A stretch of DNA of 64,000 nucleotides from an uncultured Candidatus Rokubacteria bacterium (GCA_963789955.1 CAWBMV010000001.1:512001-576000), one strand, 5' to 3'; counted from the first letter of the stretch, positions 34,751 through 46,001 are shown. Translations and numbers: made by a program. Notes: a model not told the origin generated them from the sequence alone.

Positions 34751-35479
34751 ATGATCGAGCGACTGAAGGATCTCCCCGCCGATGTCGACGGGTTTCGCGC
34801 CAGGGGAAAGGTGACGCGTGAGGATTACGAACACGCCGTGCGGCCCGTTCTGGACGAAGCGCGAAGTCGCGGACGCCGGCTTCGATTCCTCTACCATTTC
34901 GGTCCTGAATTCGAGAGCGTCACCCCCGGTGCGGCATGGGAGGACGCCCGACTGGGACTGCAATACCTCCGCGTGTTCGAGCGCTGCGCCATTGTCAGCG
35001 ATGTCGGCTGGATCCGGGAGGCGTCGCGGCTCGCCAGCGTTTTGATGCCGTGTCCCGTCAAGGTCTTTGGCAACGGCCAATGGCAAGAGGCGCTCGGATG
35101 GCTGACCGCTGCGGCGGGCCGTCTCGCGCATCGATGGATTCCCGAGCGCGGTGTGCTGATTGTCGAGCCACACGGACCGCTTGGCGCCGAGGATTTCGAC
35201 GCGCTGGCCCTTTCGGTCGATCCGTGGATCGAAGCGCACGGGACCCTTCGAGGTCTCGTGGTACATGCGCGAGAGTTCCCGGGCTGGCAGAATCTGGGCA
35301 GCTTCTTTCGGCACCTGCGCTTCGTTCGCGACCATCACCGGAAGATCCGTCGCGTCGCGCTGTGCACGGGAGGCCCGCTGGCCTCGCTGGCGCCGAAACT
35401 GGCGGAGCATTTCGTGACGGCGGAGAATCCGGCACTTCAACTACGACGAGCTCGATCGCGGCGTCGACTGGGCCGGTGA
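34751..35479 (+). CDS. Tandem STAS/SEC14 (SpoIIAA-like) domain protein
   Basis: GKVTREDY..AAWED..FERCAIVSD and second domain GPLGAEDF..FPGW..HLRFVRDHHRKIRRVA; GGAGGAG RBS. Confidence 0.82.
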   Translation: MIERLKDLPADVDGFRARGKVTREDYEHAVRPVLDEARSRGRRLRFLYHFGPEFESVTPGAAWEDARLGLQYLRVFERCAIVSDVGWIREASRLASVLMPCPVKVFGNGQWQEALGWLTAAAGRLAHRWIPERGVLIVEPHGPLGAEDFDALALSVDPWIEAHGTLRGLVVHAREFPGWQNLGSFFRHLRFVRDHHRKIRRVALCTGGPLASLAPKLAEHFVTAENPALQLRRARSRRRLGR

Positions 35480-35873
35480 AGCGCCTCCAGCGGAATGACC
35501 GGCCGCGTGCTTGACACGCGATCGCGTTCACGCGGTCCTTGTCCGGTCTGATCGAAGCCGAATCCCGACATACTGGCTTGCTTCGCGCCAGATCCAGCGA
35601 CGGATGGGAGCCGGGCGCACCGCGAATAGGTCCGGGAAAGAGGCGTGCGCGGCTCTCCTGCATGCCAAGACCATGGTGATCGACGAGGTCTGGGCGACAT
35701 GGAGTTCCTTGCCTGGCCCCTCCGCGATCCGCTCTGACCGCGCCGCCGGACCTGGCGGACGGCTGCTCGGTGGGGCGCTGTCGCGCGATTTCATGCCTGT
35801 TTCATCGCGGTCTCATGTCGCTCGGCGAAGCTGGGCCCATCGGAGAGTGCCGCCGAGGACAAGGAGAAGCGGG

Positions 35874-36527
35874 ATGGCGCGGCTGCTGTCGAACGACCGG
35901 CGACGGATCCGACGGGTGCTGCAGCCGGCGGATTTCTCATTGCTGTCCGAGCTTGCATTCGAGGAAGCTCTTCGGTGGGCCAGAGCGGATCGCGCCGAGC
36001 TTCTGCTGCTGCACGTCGTCGTCCCCGTCGCGCCCATCATGGGCGACGAGTACGTGTCGAGCCCGTGGCTGTACCCGGAGATCAACCGGGCGCTTCACGA
36101 GGGCGCGACGGAGACCCTTCGCCGCCTTGTCGCGCGGGCCAAGGCGTCCGATGTTCGCGGCGAAGCGCTGGTCCTGCACGGAGTGCCTGCTCGGCAGATC
36201 GTGCACGCGGCGGAGTCCCGACAGGTCGACCTGATCGTCATGGGCAGCCACGGGCGAACGGGCTTGATGCGCCTGATTCTCGGCAGCCTCGCCGAGGAGG
36301 TCGTCGCCAAGGCCCCGTGCCCGGTGCTGGTGGTCGGGGTGTCCGTGCGTCGGTACGAGGCCCTCCGCCGTCATCTGAGCGCCGTGCGAAGCGGCGCTCC
36401 GCGCCGAGCGGACGACGGGGAGATACCGACACTAGACCAGCGTCGAGGCGGTAGCTCGATGCCGGCGTCGGGGGGCATCGAATCGGCCCACGCCTGGGTG
36501 CGGCCTCGATCGAACCTCATCTCGTGA
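35874..36527 (+). CDS. Universal stress protein (UspA family)
   Basis: PADFS, LLLLHVV, DLIVMGSHGRTGLMRLILGSLAEEVVAKAPCPVLVV. Confidence 0.9.
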   Translation: MARLLSNDRRRIRRVLQPADFSLLSELAFEEALRWARADRAELLLLHVVVPVAPIMGDEYVSSPWLYPEINRALHEGATETLRRLVARAKASDVRGEALVLHGVPARQIVHAAESRQVDLIVMGSHGRTGLMRLILGSLAEEVVAKAPCPVLVVGVSVRRYEALRRHLSAVRSGAPRRADDGEIPTLDQRRGGSSMPASGGIESAHAWVRPRSNLIS

Positions 36528-36542
36528 GGACAAGGAGACGTC

Positions 36543-37385
36543 ATGGCCATCATCACGATTTCACATCAGCTCGGGTCCGGGGGCGGCGCGATCGCGCGGG
36601 CCGTCGCGGATCGCCTGGGTTATCAGTGCCTCGGCGGTGAAATCCTCGCGAAAGCGGCGCATGCCTATGGACTCGCGGAAGACAGGCTGACGCGGCTCGG
36701 AGAGGCCAAGCCGGGTATTCTGGATCGACTCGGCTTCGAGGCGCAGACATACGTCGCGGTGATGCAAAACGCGGTGCTTGATGCCGCGCTCGGCGACCAC
36801 GTCGTCCTGGTCGGGCGCGGAGGGCAGTGGCTGCTGCGCGATATCACCCACGCGCTGCGGGTACGGATCATCGCGCCGTTCGACGAGCGAAGTCGCCGAC
36901 TCCAGGACGGGATGGCGGCGCAGGTCGGCGGTGCGGCGAGCGCACGCACGGCGCGGGAGGCGCTCGAAAAGCTGCTCCGGCGCGACGACGCCGACAAGCT
37001 CGGCCGCATGCGCTATCTCTACGGCTGCGATCTCAACGACCCGTTGCTGTACGACGTCTTCATCAACAACAGCGGCGCCGACGGCGCAGGCGCGGCGGCC
37101 GAGGCGATCGTACTGCTCGCCCATCGTCCCGGCGTCGAACCCACGGCCGCGAGTATGCAGCGGCTGGTCGATCGTGCGGTCGCCTCGCGTGTGAGGGTGG
37201 CGTTGATGGTCGACGAAGGAACCCGCCGGTTCAAGCATTTTGACGTCGAGGCGGCGAATGGCTCGATTCGAGTGACGTCGAGAGCGCCGGCGGCCGCCGT
37301 CGAGGCGGTCGCGCTGGCGGTCGAGGGCGTTCGGCAGGTGCAGGTGATCGAGGTTCCGATGATTCCGCCGATGGTCTCCGAGTGA
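36543..37385 (+). CDS. Cytidylate kinase-like family protein with C-terminal BON-like domain
   Basis: IITISHQLGSGG, VLVGRGG, LRVRIIAP, DPLLYDVFIN; C-terminal VEAVALAVEGVRQV. Confidence 0.82.
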   Translation: MAIITISHQLGSGGGAIARAVADRLGYQCLGGEILAKAAHAYGLAEDRLTRLGEAKPGILDRLGFEAQTYVAVMQNAVLDAALGDHVVLVGRGGQWLLRDITHALRVRIIAPFDERSRRLQDGMAAQVGGAASARTAREALEKLLRRDDADKLGRMRYLYGCDLNDPLLYDVFINNSGADGAGAAAEAIVLLAHRPGVEPTAASMQRLVDRAVASRVRVALMVDEGTRRFKHFDVEAANGSIRVTSRAPAAAVEAVALAVEGVRQVQVIEVPMIPPMVSE

Positions 37386-37453
37386 TCGAGGCAATCATCC
37401 TCGACTCGAGATGTTCTTCGGGCCGTTAGCCGAGGAGCGAGGGGAAGCGTCGC

Positions 37454-38233
37454 ATGGCGGCGATTGTCGTCAGAGCTGAGGGACGGGATCCGATGTTCGG
37501 CTGATCCATGGAGCCATCGGCGGATTGATTGCAGGAGTCGTGTCCATGCTGTTCCAGCTGTCGGCCGCCGTGTTGTCGAGCGGGCCGCGCGGCGCTCTCA
37601 GACCCCTGCGAATGATCGCCGCCATCGTGCTCGGCCGTGCGTCGCTCGATCCGAGCTATTCGGCGGTGGCGGCCGGCCTGGTCGGCACGATCGTGCACCT
37701 GTGCCTGGCCGCGACGTTCGGCTTGCTGTTTGGCGTGCTTCTGCTCGCCGCGGCGCAGATCGACGTCGTGATGGGGGGCCGCACGCTCGTGCTCGCGGGT
37801 GGCGCTTATGGTCTGGTGCTCTGGCCGATCAATTTCTACAGCGTCGCGCCCCTGGCCGGTTTGTCGTGGTTTCCCCAGTACGAGCTCACCCCTGGTGCAG
37901 TTCGTGGCCCACGCCTTGTGCTATGGCGCGGTGCTCGGACTGTACTTCCAGCGGCGGATCGCCCTGCGGGTCCGCACGATCGGCCGCGCGGCGCCGCTCT
38001 CATTCGCCGACATCCTTGCCTCGTTCCGCCGTCGGCGCTACCCTCAGCACAGCCGCCGAAGTAGGGAACACGAAACGCAATTACGCGACGGCGGTCGGCG
38101 GAGCTTCGAGTCGCGACGAGAGACTGGAGACTCCGCCCCCATCGATCATGCGTCTTCTGGCCGTCACCCCGCTTCTCCGGTCGAGTGCTTGCGAGCCGAT
38201 TTGCGCCCGCGCACACGGCAATCGGAACAATGA
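37454..38233 (+). CDS. Multi-pass hypothetical membrane protein (frameshifted)
   Basis: GAIGGLIAG, PLRMIAAIVLG, GTIVHL, YGLVLWPINFY, AHALCYGAVLG across frames. Confidence 0.55.
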
Positions 38234-38404
38234 GCCGCGATCGACTTGAATGGGCACTTGGCCACCGTCGGGGGCACGCGGTTGTGTGTCAGTCGAACGA
38301 GTATCGCTGCAGGTCTCGACGCACGTACCAATCGCTGGCGTCGCCGCGCCTCAGTCGGAGCAGACCGTGATCAGCTTGCGAGGGCGACGCTGACGGCAGC
38401 CGGC

Positions 38405-39226
38405 TCAGTGCTCGTGCTCGGCGACGACGGCCGCGAGCTCGGCGCCGAGCACGAAGATGACCATCGAGTAATAGATCCAGACGAGCGCCGCGACACCGGC
38501 GCCAAGCGAGCCGTACAGACTGCCGTAGGTCCCGAACGTCACGACGTACGCAGTGAAAATCCATCGGGCTCCCTCCCACGCGACGGTGACGGCGAGGGTG
38601 GCGATCAGCGCGGCGCGCGCCGGCACCCGGGTGTTGGGCAACGCGCGAAGGAGAAGGAACAGCAACCCGACGCCCATCATGTACATCACGGGTAGCGAGA
38701 CGAGCCGCCTGAGTCCGGCGGAAGGGGAGGGCGCGCCCGGAAACAGGTGGGCGGCGACGTCGCCGAGGGTGAGCACGACGAAGATCGATACGCTGAACAG
38801 GATTGCCAGCGATCCGATTGCGACCACCATGAGCAGGTCGACCGCGAATCCGTGAACGAGACCGCGCCTGGCCGGCGCGCGGAAGATTCGGTTCAACACG
38901 GTTCGCATCAGCGAGAAGAATTGCGCCGCGAAAACCATCCAGCTCAGGATGCCGACCAGGCCGACCACTGCGCGCTGGCTGACGAGGAACGAGAAGAACT
39001 CACCGAGCTCGCGCCCATACGCGGGGAGCAAGAGCGTGGCGGCGTCGAACAGGTAGTCGGCGATCGTGTCGGACTCCATGAGGTAGCCGGCCAGAGAGAA
39101 CAGGATCAGGGTGAGGGGTACCAGACACAGCTCGGCGGCGAAGGACAGCGCCGAAGCCATGAGAAATCCCTCGTCCTTCCGGAAGCGCCCCGGAATGGTG
39201 CGCAGCGTCGCGATCAGATCCGACAT
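38405..39226 (-). CDS. YihY / virulence factor BrkB family membrane protein
   Basis: ASALSF, LNRIFR, LPNTRV, YGSLYGSLG..LVWIYYS..LGAEL. Confidence 0.88.
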   Translation of the reverse strand: MSDLIATLRTIPGRFRKDEGFLMASALSFAAELCLVPLTLILFSLAGYLMESDTIADYLFDAATLLLPAYGRELGEFFSFLVSQRAVVGLVGILSWMVFAAQFFSLMRTVLNRIFRAPARRGLVHGFAVDLLMVVAIGSLAILFSVSIFVVLTLGDVAAHLFPGAPSPSAGLRRLVSLPVMYMMGVGLLFLLLRALPNTRVPARAALIATLAVTVAWEGARWIFTAYVVTFGTYGSLYGSLGAGVAALVWIYYSMVIFVLGAELAAVVAEHEH

Positions 39227-39370
39227 GCGTCGATCTTATTCGCGCAGACGCGGATCCCAACCAGAAGTTTGCCGGGATCGCGGCGGGAGACGGCATCTGT
39301 GTGACCCGGCCGGCGCGAGACGGCGACGCCGCCGAAGCCCGTACGCGGGTCTAGACGAAACCCTCGGTGG

Positions 39371-40726
39371 TCACGGGTCCGACGGTTTCGAGGCCGGCGC
39401 GGGCTCGACCTGGAAGCGGCGCTGCAGAGTGCGAACGCTGACGCCCAGGATGCGAGCGGCGGCGACTTTGTCGCCCTTGGTCTCCTCGAGAACCCGGCGG
39501 ATGTAGCTCTCCTCGAGCTCGGCCAGGGTCGGTCGCACCCCCATGCCGGTGGCCTCCGGAGCGAACTCGATGCCCAGGTCGCCGCGCGTGATCAAGCTGG
39601 TGCGGGCGAGTGTTGCGGCCCGCTCGATGACGTTTTCCAGCTCGCGAACGTTCCCGGGCCACCGATGCTGGAGCAGCCACGCGGTCGCCTCCTGGTCGAA
39701 GCCGGTGAGTGCTTTCCCGACCGCCTTTGCGGCGCGCGCCAGAAAATGGCCGGCGAGAAGGAGGATGTCGTCGGGGCGCTCGCGCAGGCTCGGCAGGCGG
39801 ATCGGAATCACCGCTAACCGGTAGTAGAGGTCCTCGCGGAACCGCCCGTCGCCGATGAGGGCCATCAGATCGCGGTGCGTCGCGCTCACGACCCGCACGT
39901 CCAGCCGGATCTCTTCGCTGCCGCCAACCGGTCGAACGGTGTGATCTTGCAGCGCGCGGAGGATCTTACCCTGGAGCGGGGGCGGGATGTCCCCGACTTC
40001 GTCGAGGAAGAGCGTCCCGCCGTCGGCGTCGACGAAGAGCCCGCGACGCTTGCGGACGGCGCCGGTGAACGCTCCTTTCTCGTGCCCGAACAGTTCGGAC
40101 TCGAGCAGGTCGCGCGGGATCGCCGCGCAGTTGACCGGCACGAATGGCTTGCCGTGGCGGAGGCTGTTGTGGTGGATCGCGCGCGCGACCAGTTCCTTCC
40201 CGGTGCCGCTCTCGCCGAGCAGCAGGATCGTCGCGTCGCTCGTGGTCACCGCTCGAATCTTATCGAAGACGGACAGCATCGCCGGGGAACGGCCGATCAG
40301 GTTGTCGAAGCTGAAGCGTTGCTCGACTTGCTCGCGGAGCACCCGATTCTCCTCGCGAAGGCGACGATCGTCGAGGGCCCGGTTGATCGTCAGCGTGACC
40401 TGAGCCAGCTTGAACGGCTTCGTCAAATAGTCGTAGGCGCCTTGACGAATCGCATCGATCGCGGTCTCGAGACTGGCGAAGGCGGTCATGAGCACGACGC
40501 GCGCGCTCGGCTGCCGGCGCTGGGTTTCCTGAAGCACCGCCCAGCCGTCGGTGCCGTCCATGACCAGATCGGTCAGCACCACATCGAATTCATCGCGTTC
40601 CAGCGCCTCGATGGCCGCGGCGCCATCCGCGACGGCGGTCACGATTCGCCCGTCGTTCTCGAGGCGTTGCCGGAGCAGATCGAGCATCTCTGGGTCGTTG
40701 TCGACGACGAGGACCTTGAACTTCAC
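39371..40726 (-). CDS. Sigma54-dependent response regulator (NtrC/AtoC family)
   Basis: REC domain, GESGTGKE, ESELFGHEKGAFTGA, LFLDEVG, FREDLYYRL, WPGNVRELEN, Fis-type HTH. Confidence 0.95.
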   Translation of the reverse strand: MKFKVLVVDNDPEMLDLLRQRLENDGRIVTAVADGAAAIEALERDEFDVVLTDLVMDGTDGWAVLQETQRRQPSARVVLMTAFASLETAIDAIRQGAYDYLTKPFKLAQVTLTINRALDDRRLREENRVLREQVEQRFSFDNLIGRSPAMLSVFDKIRAVTTSDATILLLGESGTGKELVARAIHHNSLRHGKPFVPVNCAAIPRDLLESELFGHEKGAFTGAVRKRRGLFVDADGGTLFLDEVGDIPPPLQGKILRALQDHTVRPVGGSEEIRLDVRVVSATHRDLMALIGDGRFREDLYYRLAVIPIRLPSLRERPDDILLLAGHFLARAAKAVGKALTGFDQEATAWLLQHRWPGNVRELENVIERAATLARTSLITRGDLGIEFAPEATGMGVRPTLAELEESYIRRVLEETKGDKVAAARILGVSVRTLQRRFQVEPAPASKPSDP

Positions 40727-42195
40727 GCCGTCTCCTCCAGGGCCACGGGTATCCACACGGTGAACGTCGTGCCGGATCCGGGCACACTGTCGATCCCGAT
40801 CTCTCCGCTATGGGCCTTGATGATATCGCGACAGATCGCGAGACCGAGGCCCGTACCCTGTCCGGCGGGTTTCGTCGTGAAGAACGGCTGGAAGACCTTC
40901 GAGTGAAGCTCCGCCGGTATTCCAGGCCCGGTATCACTCACGGTGATCGCGATACCTCGCCGCGATCCGCCGGCTGCGGCCGGCCGACCGCCGATCGTGA
41001 TAGAGCCTCCGGCGGGCGTCGCATCCAACCCATTCAGTACGAGGTTGATCAGAACCTGTTGCAGCTGACCGGGGTCGGCGAGCAGCTCCGGCAGATCGGC
41101 GGGAACCGACACGACAATGGCGACGCCGCGCCGGCGGGCCGGGTGGTTGAGGAGCGGGAGGATGCGATCGAGGACATCTGCGAGGCGGGTCGACTGAATC
41201 TCGAGCTTCTGGGGGCGCACGCTGTCGAGCAGCGACCGAATGATCTTCGAGATTCGGTCGATCTGGCTCACGATGATTCCCAGATCGCGACGGGCCGCCT
41301 CGTCGAGGCTCGTCGACATCTGGAGAAACTCAGCCCGCCCCGACACGATGTTGAGCGGGGTGCCAACCTCGTGCGCAAGGGCCGAGGCGAGCTTCCCGGC
41401 AACCGCGAGCGTCTCCGCGGCGCGCAGCTGTTGCTCGAGCTCGAGTGAATGCTCAGTCTCGGTGAGCAGCCGCTGGCGGGCCGCATCGAGCTGAGCGGTC
41501 ATCGTGTTGAAGGCTTCGGCGACGCGACCGATCTCGTCCCGGCGATCGATCACCAGCGGCGCGGCCGGCTCCCCGCGGCCGAGGCGCTGGATACTTTCCA
41601 TGAGTCGTGAGATGGGCCGCACCACTTGCCGCTGGAGCGCCGTCGCCGTCAGGACCACGATCACGACCAGCAGGATGCCGAGACGGATCCACACGTCATT
41701 GGATGCCGCTTGCATCCGTGCGTCGATCCCCGAAGCGAGATGAACGATCTCGAGCGTCCCGGCGACCTGACCCCGGCTGTCGCGAACCGGAACGATATAA
41801 TAGAGGATCGAGCGCTGCGCTTGACGGCGATAGAAGCCCTCGGGCATCGCGGTGTTCGCGACTCGACGGAGAATCTCAGCGGGAACGTCCTCACCGATGG
41901 ACAGCTGGTTGGAGACCAGTGTCGGCCGAAGCTGACGATCGAACAGTCTGATGCGATCGATCGCCGTCTGCCGCTCCACCATCTCGGCCACGAGTCGTTT
42001 CACATCGGAGAACTGTCGGTCGCGGAGCGCATTCTCGACTGCGATCTGAATCGCCGCCGCGGTCAACGCCATGTTCTGGCGATCCTCCTCGACGAGCTGC
42101 TCGCGCTCTTGGCGAACGCGGAGCACCCCGTGCACGGCGAGGGCGGCGACGGCCGGAATCGTGAGGATGAGAATGAGGCGGAGCTTGAGTCCCAC
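40723..42195 (-). CDS. Sensor histidine kinase (TM-periplasmic sensor-TM-HAMP-HisKA-HATPase)
   Basis: DEIGRVAEAFNTM, LAHEVGTPLN, QVLINLVLN, DTGPGI, FFTTK, GTGLGL. Confidence 0.93.
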   Translation of the reverse strand: MGLKLRLILILTIPAVAALAVHGVLRVRQEREQLVEEDRQNMALTAAAIQIAVENALRDRQFSDVKRLVAEMVERQTAIDRIRLFDRQLRPTLVSNQLSIGEDVPAEILRRVANTAMPEGFYRRQAQRSILYYIVPVRDSRGQVAGTLEIVHLASGIDARMQAASNDVWIRLGILLVVIVVLTATALQRQVVRPISRLMESIQRLGRGEPAAPLVIDRRDEIGRVAEAFNTMTAQLDAARQRLLTETEHSLELEQQLRAAETLAVAGKLASALAHEVGTPLNIVSGRAEFLQMSTSLDEAARRDLGIIVSQIDRISKIIRSLLDSVRPQKLEIQSTRLADVLDRILPLLNHPARRRGVAIVVSVPADLPELLADPGQLQQVLINLVLNGLDATPAGGSITIGGRPAAAGGSRRGIAITVSDTGPGIPAELHSKVFQPFFTTKPAGQGTGLGLAICRDIIKAHSGEIGIDSVPGSGTTFTVWIPVALEETA

Positions 42196-42199
42196 GGTG

Positions 42200-42607
42200 T
42201 CAGGACCGCCCAGCCTGCCCGGAGCCGCCTCTCGTCGCGTCCCGCACCGCCTCGAGCAGGGCACCAAGCTGGAACGGCTTCTCGAGATACGCGCGCGCCC
42301 CCAATCGAAGGGCTTCCTCGGCCACCTCGCCGCCGCCAAACGCCGTGACGAGGATTATCGGCACCTCGGGCCATTGTCGGTGAAACGCGGGCAGGACGTC
42401 GAAGCCGCTCGGCCCTGGCATCTCCTTGTCGAGAACCACCACGTCGAGATGAGTCGCCTTGGCGGCCGTGAACAACCGGTCGGCGCTCGGCTCCTCGAGG
42501 ACGCGGAACCCGCCGCGCTCGAGCCAGTCCTTCAGCAGCGTCCGCATGGCCGAGTCGTCATCGACGACCAGGACGGTGGGAGATATCTCACGGGAGTGGC
42601 TCGCCAT
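42200..42607 (-). CDS. Single-domain response regulator
   Basis: VLVVDDD, VLDKEMPGPSG, ILVTAFGG, YLEKPF. Confidence 0.88.
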   Translation of the reverse strand: MASHSREISPTVLVVDDDSAMRTLLKDWLERGGFRVLEEPSADRLFTAAKATHLDVVVLDKEMPGPSGFDVLPAFHRQWPEVPIILVTAFGGGEVAEEALRLGARAYLEKPFQLGALLEAVRDATRGGSGQAGRS

Positions 42608-42917
42608 TAGAGTCGCCTAGCCGCTTCGCTCACCCGACTATCCTCGAGCTCATCGTGTTCAGCGCAGCGCGCCCTCTCGTCCAGAACCCGATTGCGCCGG
42701 CATCGGGTTCGAGCGCATGCGACCGGCGACGCCGATTTGGTCCACCCAGGGGTCCGCGATGTCGGGCTCCCTGAGGCTCCGCGCACAACGCGCCGCGACG
42801 ATCCCTGGTCGCTCCAGAATACGCCCGTCAGCTCCATGACGGCGAGGACGACAGAGTCCGGTTCGGAATCACGCGCCCGCTGAACGCGACGCTCCGATTG
42901 CATTCACACAGTCCATC

Positions 42918-42932
42918 GCAACGTTTGTGCCA
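42918..42932 (-). promoter_or_regulatory. Putative sigma54 promoter upstream of the RR-HK-NtrC genes
   Basis: TGGCACAAACGTTGC (GG-N10-GC). Confidence 0.6.
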
Positions 42933-43069
42933 TCTCCGAACAATCCCGTCCGAGACCCGCAATCCCGGTCATGGAGCGAGCAAGGCGATGGATGCCACCA
43001 TAGGGAGAAGCGCGACAACGGAACGTGCGGCAGGCCGGCGGCCAGCGAGCAGGAAGTGGTGGCGTCCAG

Positions 43070-43733
43070 CAGCAGGACGTAGCCAACGCCGCGGACGGAG
43101 TGCAGGAGAGGCGGGCCCTGCTCACATCGATCTCGTGCGCGCAGATAGCCGACGTAGACATCGATGATGTTGCTGGGGCAAATGGAAACTGGCCGACATG
43201 TTCGGCGATCATGGCGCGGGGCAGGAGCCCGAGCCACGTTCCTCGGAGATGCTTCGAGTAGCGAATATTCTCGAGCCGTCAGGTCGATATTGCGGCCGCC
43301 CCGCGTGACCGTGTGGGTCGCCGGATCGAGGGTCAGGTCTGCCACGCCGAGGACGGGCCCGTTTTGCAGCCCACCCCGGCGTAGCAGTGCCCGGACCCTG
43401 GCCAGGAACTCCTCGAACTTGAACGGTTTCGTCAGATAGTCGTCGGCACCGAGGTCCAGCCCGGCAACCTTGTCGGCGGTACTGTCGCGCGCGCTGATGA
43501 CCAATACCGGGGTTTTCACGCCGCGGACTTCGCGTCGTCTTCAAGACTGAAAGGCCGTCACACTTCGGCAGGAGAATGTCGAGCACTACGAGGTCGTACG
43601 CGACTCCCGCCAGAAGCAGGTCCAGCGCCGAGGTGCCGTCCGCGGCCAGCTCGACAGCGTGCCCCTCTTCTTCGAGCCCTTGCCGGATAAAGTTCGCCAC
43701 TTTGCGTTCATCCTCGACGACCAAGATCTGCAT
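43070..43733 (-). pseudogene. OmpR/CusR-family response regulator, frameshifted and degraded in the wHTH region
   Basis: MQILVVEDERKVANFIRQGL, GLDLGADDYLTKPF, DLTAREY, SNIIDVYVGYLR, LLHSVRGVGYVL; several indels; no cognate kinase follows. Confidence 0.75.
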
Positions 43734-43751
43734 AGTGTCTCCTCTCGGCGA

Positions 43752-46001
43752 TCATCCGGTTTCTCGCCCGAAGTCCGGGGCTGGAGGCATGTTCGCGCGC
43801 TCGGCCAGCTCGCCGAGGAGCAGACCGGCCCAGCGGTAGATGTTGTGTTCCTGGACCTGACGTCTCATCCTGGCCATGCGGAGCGTTCGCTCCTCCGGCG
43901 GCATCTCCATGGCCGCGCGAATCGCGGCGGCAGTCTCTTCGAAGTCGTAGGGGTTCACGAGCAGGGCGTCCCGGAGCTCTCGGGCGGCGCCGGTGAAGCG
44001 GCTCAGGATGAGCACACCGTCTTCGTCGTCGCTGACCGACACGAATTCCTTGGCGACGAGGTTCATGCCGTCGTGCAGCGCGGTGACGAGACAGAAGTCC
44101 GCGTGACGGTAGAACGGCCAGATGTCCTCACGGTTGTGGTGGCGCTTGAGATAGACGATCGGCCGCCAGCGTCGCGTACCGAGCGCGCGATTGACCTCAT
44201 CGATGGTCGGACGACCTCCGGCCGCAGGAGCTCCTGGTAGCGCTTGATGCGGCTGCGGCTGGGCGCCGCGAGCTGGACGAAGATCAGGCGCTCGCGATAC
44301 TCCGGATGGCGTTCGAAGAAGTGCTGCAGCGCGCGGAATCGCTCGGGCAGTCCCTTGGTGTAATCGATCCGCTCCACCCCGACCCCGAGCAGCTCGGTAT
44401 CGAGCCCGAGCTCGGCGAGTAGCCGGTCTCGCCGAGTGACGGACGGCACACTGTCCACGAATTCCGGGGCCACGCTGATGGGATAGGGCTTGACGTAGGT
44501 AGCGTGCTCGCCGCGCACCACCGCGAACCGCTCGCCGTCGATCCGGGCCTCCAGCGCGCGGTCGACGGTCTCCAGGAAGTTGTTGCAGTGGTACTGGGTG
44601 TGGAAGCCGATCAGATCGGCCCCCAGCATCCCGTGGAGGATCTCGTCTTGCCAGGGGCAGATTCCGAACGCCTCGAAATTCGGCCACGGGATGTGCCAGA
44701 AGATGGCCACCCGAGCGTCCGGCCGCTGCGCCTTGACGAAGGCCGGGAGCAGCGCCAAGTGATAGTCCTGGATGAGGACCATCGGCGCCTCTTGGCCATC
44801 CATCTCGTCCAGCAGCGCCTCGGCGAACTTCGCGTTGACGATCCGGTACTGCTCCCAGTCCTCGCTCCGGAAGAGCAGGCCGGGCGTGCACCACGTGGCA
44901 GAGCGGCCAGAGCCCCTCGTTGGAGAAGCCGTAGTAGTAGCCCTCCTCCTCCTCCTTGGTGAGCCACACGCGCCGCAGCGTGTAGGCGGGATCGTCCGTG
45001 GGCAGTCCGATGCGGCCGCGCGCATCGGCGGTCTCCTCGTCAGCTTCGCCGCTACCGTGGGCCACCCACACGCCGCCACACGCCCGCATCACCGGCTCCA
45101 GCGCCGTCACCACGCCGCTGGCCGGGACCTCCGCGTGGATGTGGCCCTCCCGGATGACGTGGCTGACGGGCTCGCGGTTCGAGACCACGAAGAGGGGCGC
45201 GCCCGTCGAAGCGCAGCCGCACGAACTGCTTGAGCCGCTCCTCCGTCCACGTCGACTCCCCGGACAGGCGCAGCGCCGCCTCGCGCTCGGCCGCCATCTG
45301 GGCGCGATAGAGGTTGCGCGCGAGCCCCGAGACCTCCTGGGCGAGGGGGCCGAACGGGCGTCGCGGCACGGAGGGCGGCGGCCAGGCTTGCCCACCTTGA
45401 GGGTCTTCGTCCATTCGGCGAGGGCGGACATGGGCCGCATGATCGTCATGCGCAGCACCAGGAAGGTGATGAGCGAGATGCCGAGGGCCAGCGCGAAGAA
45501 GCGCACGGCGCTGAGCTGCCACAGCCCGATCTCGGCGGCGGCCAGCTGGCCCGCGTCCAGGAACACCGCGAGGGCGCCGACCGCCCGGTCGTCCTGCTGG
45601 AGCGGCGTGGCGTAGACGTAGGTCTTCCCATTGGGGTCGAGGTTGCGCAAGCCCTGTACGGCGGTCGAGTGCGTGAGGGCGTCGGTGACTTCCGGGAGAG
45701 AGGACGGCACGGCTTTGCCGGGTGGCGCCATCGTGATGAGGCTCCCGAACGCGTCATAGACGGCGATACGACGCTCCGGCCGACCGAACTTCTTGAGCAC
45801 GCGGGCGATCCCCGGAGTCGAGGCGCGACGGACCGCGGGTTCGACAGACTCCTTCAAACCCTCTCCGAGAAGGCCGGCCCGACGCTCGAGATCCTCGAGC
45901 GAGCGGCGGCGCTCTTCCCGGACCTGAAAGAAGCCGAACGCGCCGACGACCAGGAGCGCACCGATCCAGATCGCGCTGAGCAGCCGAATAGTGACCTTCA
46001 T
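43752..46001 (-). CDS. otsA: Membrane sensor-HAMP domain fused to trehalose-6-phosphate synthase (GT20); frameshifts near 45360, 45200, 44875 and 44215
   Basis: Two TM helices plus a HAMP-like region, then [74 protein letters not shown]. Confidence 0.88.
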   Translation of the reverse strand: MKVTIRLLSAIWIGALLVVGAFGFFQVREERRRSLEDLERRAGLLGEGLKESVEPAVRRASTPGIARVLKKFGRPERRIAVYDAFGSLITMAPPGKAVPSSLPEVTDALTHSTAVQGLRNLDPNGKTYVYATPLQQDDRAVGALAVFLDAGQLAAAEIGLWQLSAVRFFALALGISLITFLVLRMTIMRPMSALAEWTKTLKVGKPGRRPPCRDARSAPSPRRSRGSRATSIAPRWRPSARRRCACPGSRRGRRSGSSSSCGCASTGAPLFVVSNREPVSHVIREGHIHAEVPASGVVTALEPVMRACGGVWVAHGSGEADEETADARGRIGLPTDDPAYTLRRVWLTKEEEEGYYYGFSNEGLWPLCHVVHARPALPERGLGAVPDRQREVRRGAAGRDGWPRGADGPHPGLSLGAAPGLRQGAAAGRSGGHLLAHPVAEFRGVRNLPLARRDPPRDAGGRSDRLPHPVPLQQLPGDRRPRAGGPDRRRAVRGGARRARYLRQALSHQRGPGIRGQCAVRHSARPATRRARARYRAARGRGGADRLHQGTARAIPRAAALLRTPSGVSRAPDLRPARGAQPQPHQALPGAPAAGGRPTIDEVNRALGTRRWRPIVYLKRHHNREDIWPFYRHADFCLVTALHDGMNLVAKEFVSVSDDEDGVLILSRFTGAARELRDALLVNPYDFEETAAAIRAAMEMPPEERTLRMARMRRQVQEHNIYRWAGLLLGELAERANMPPAPDFGRETG

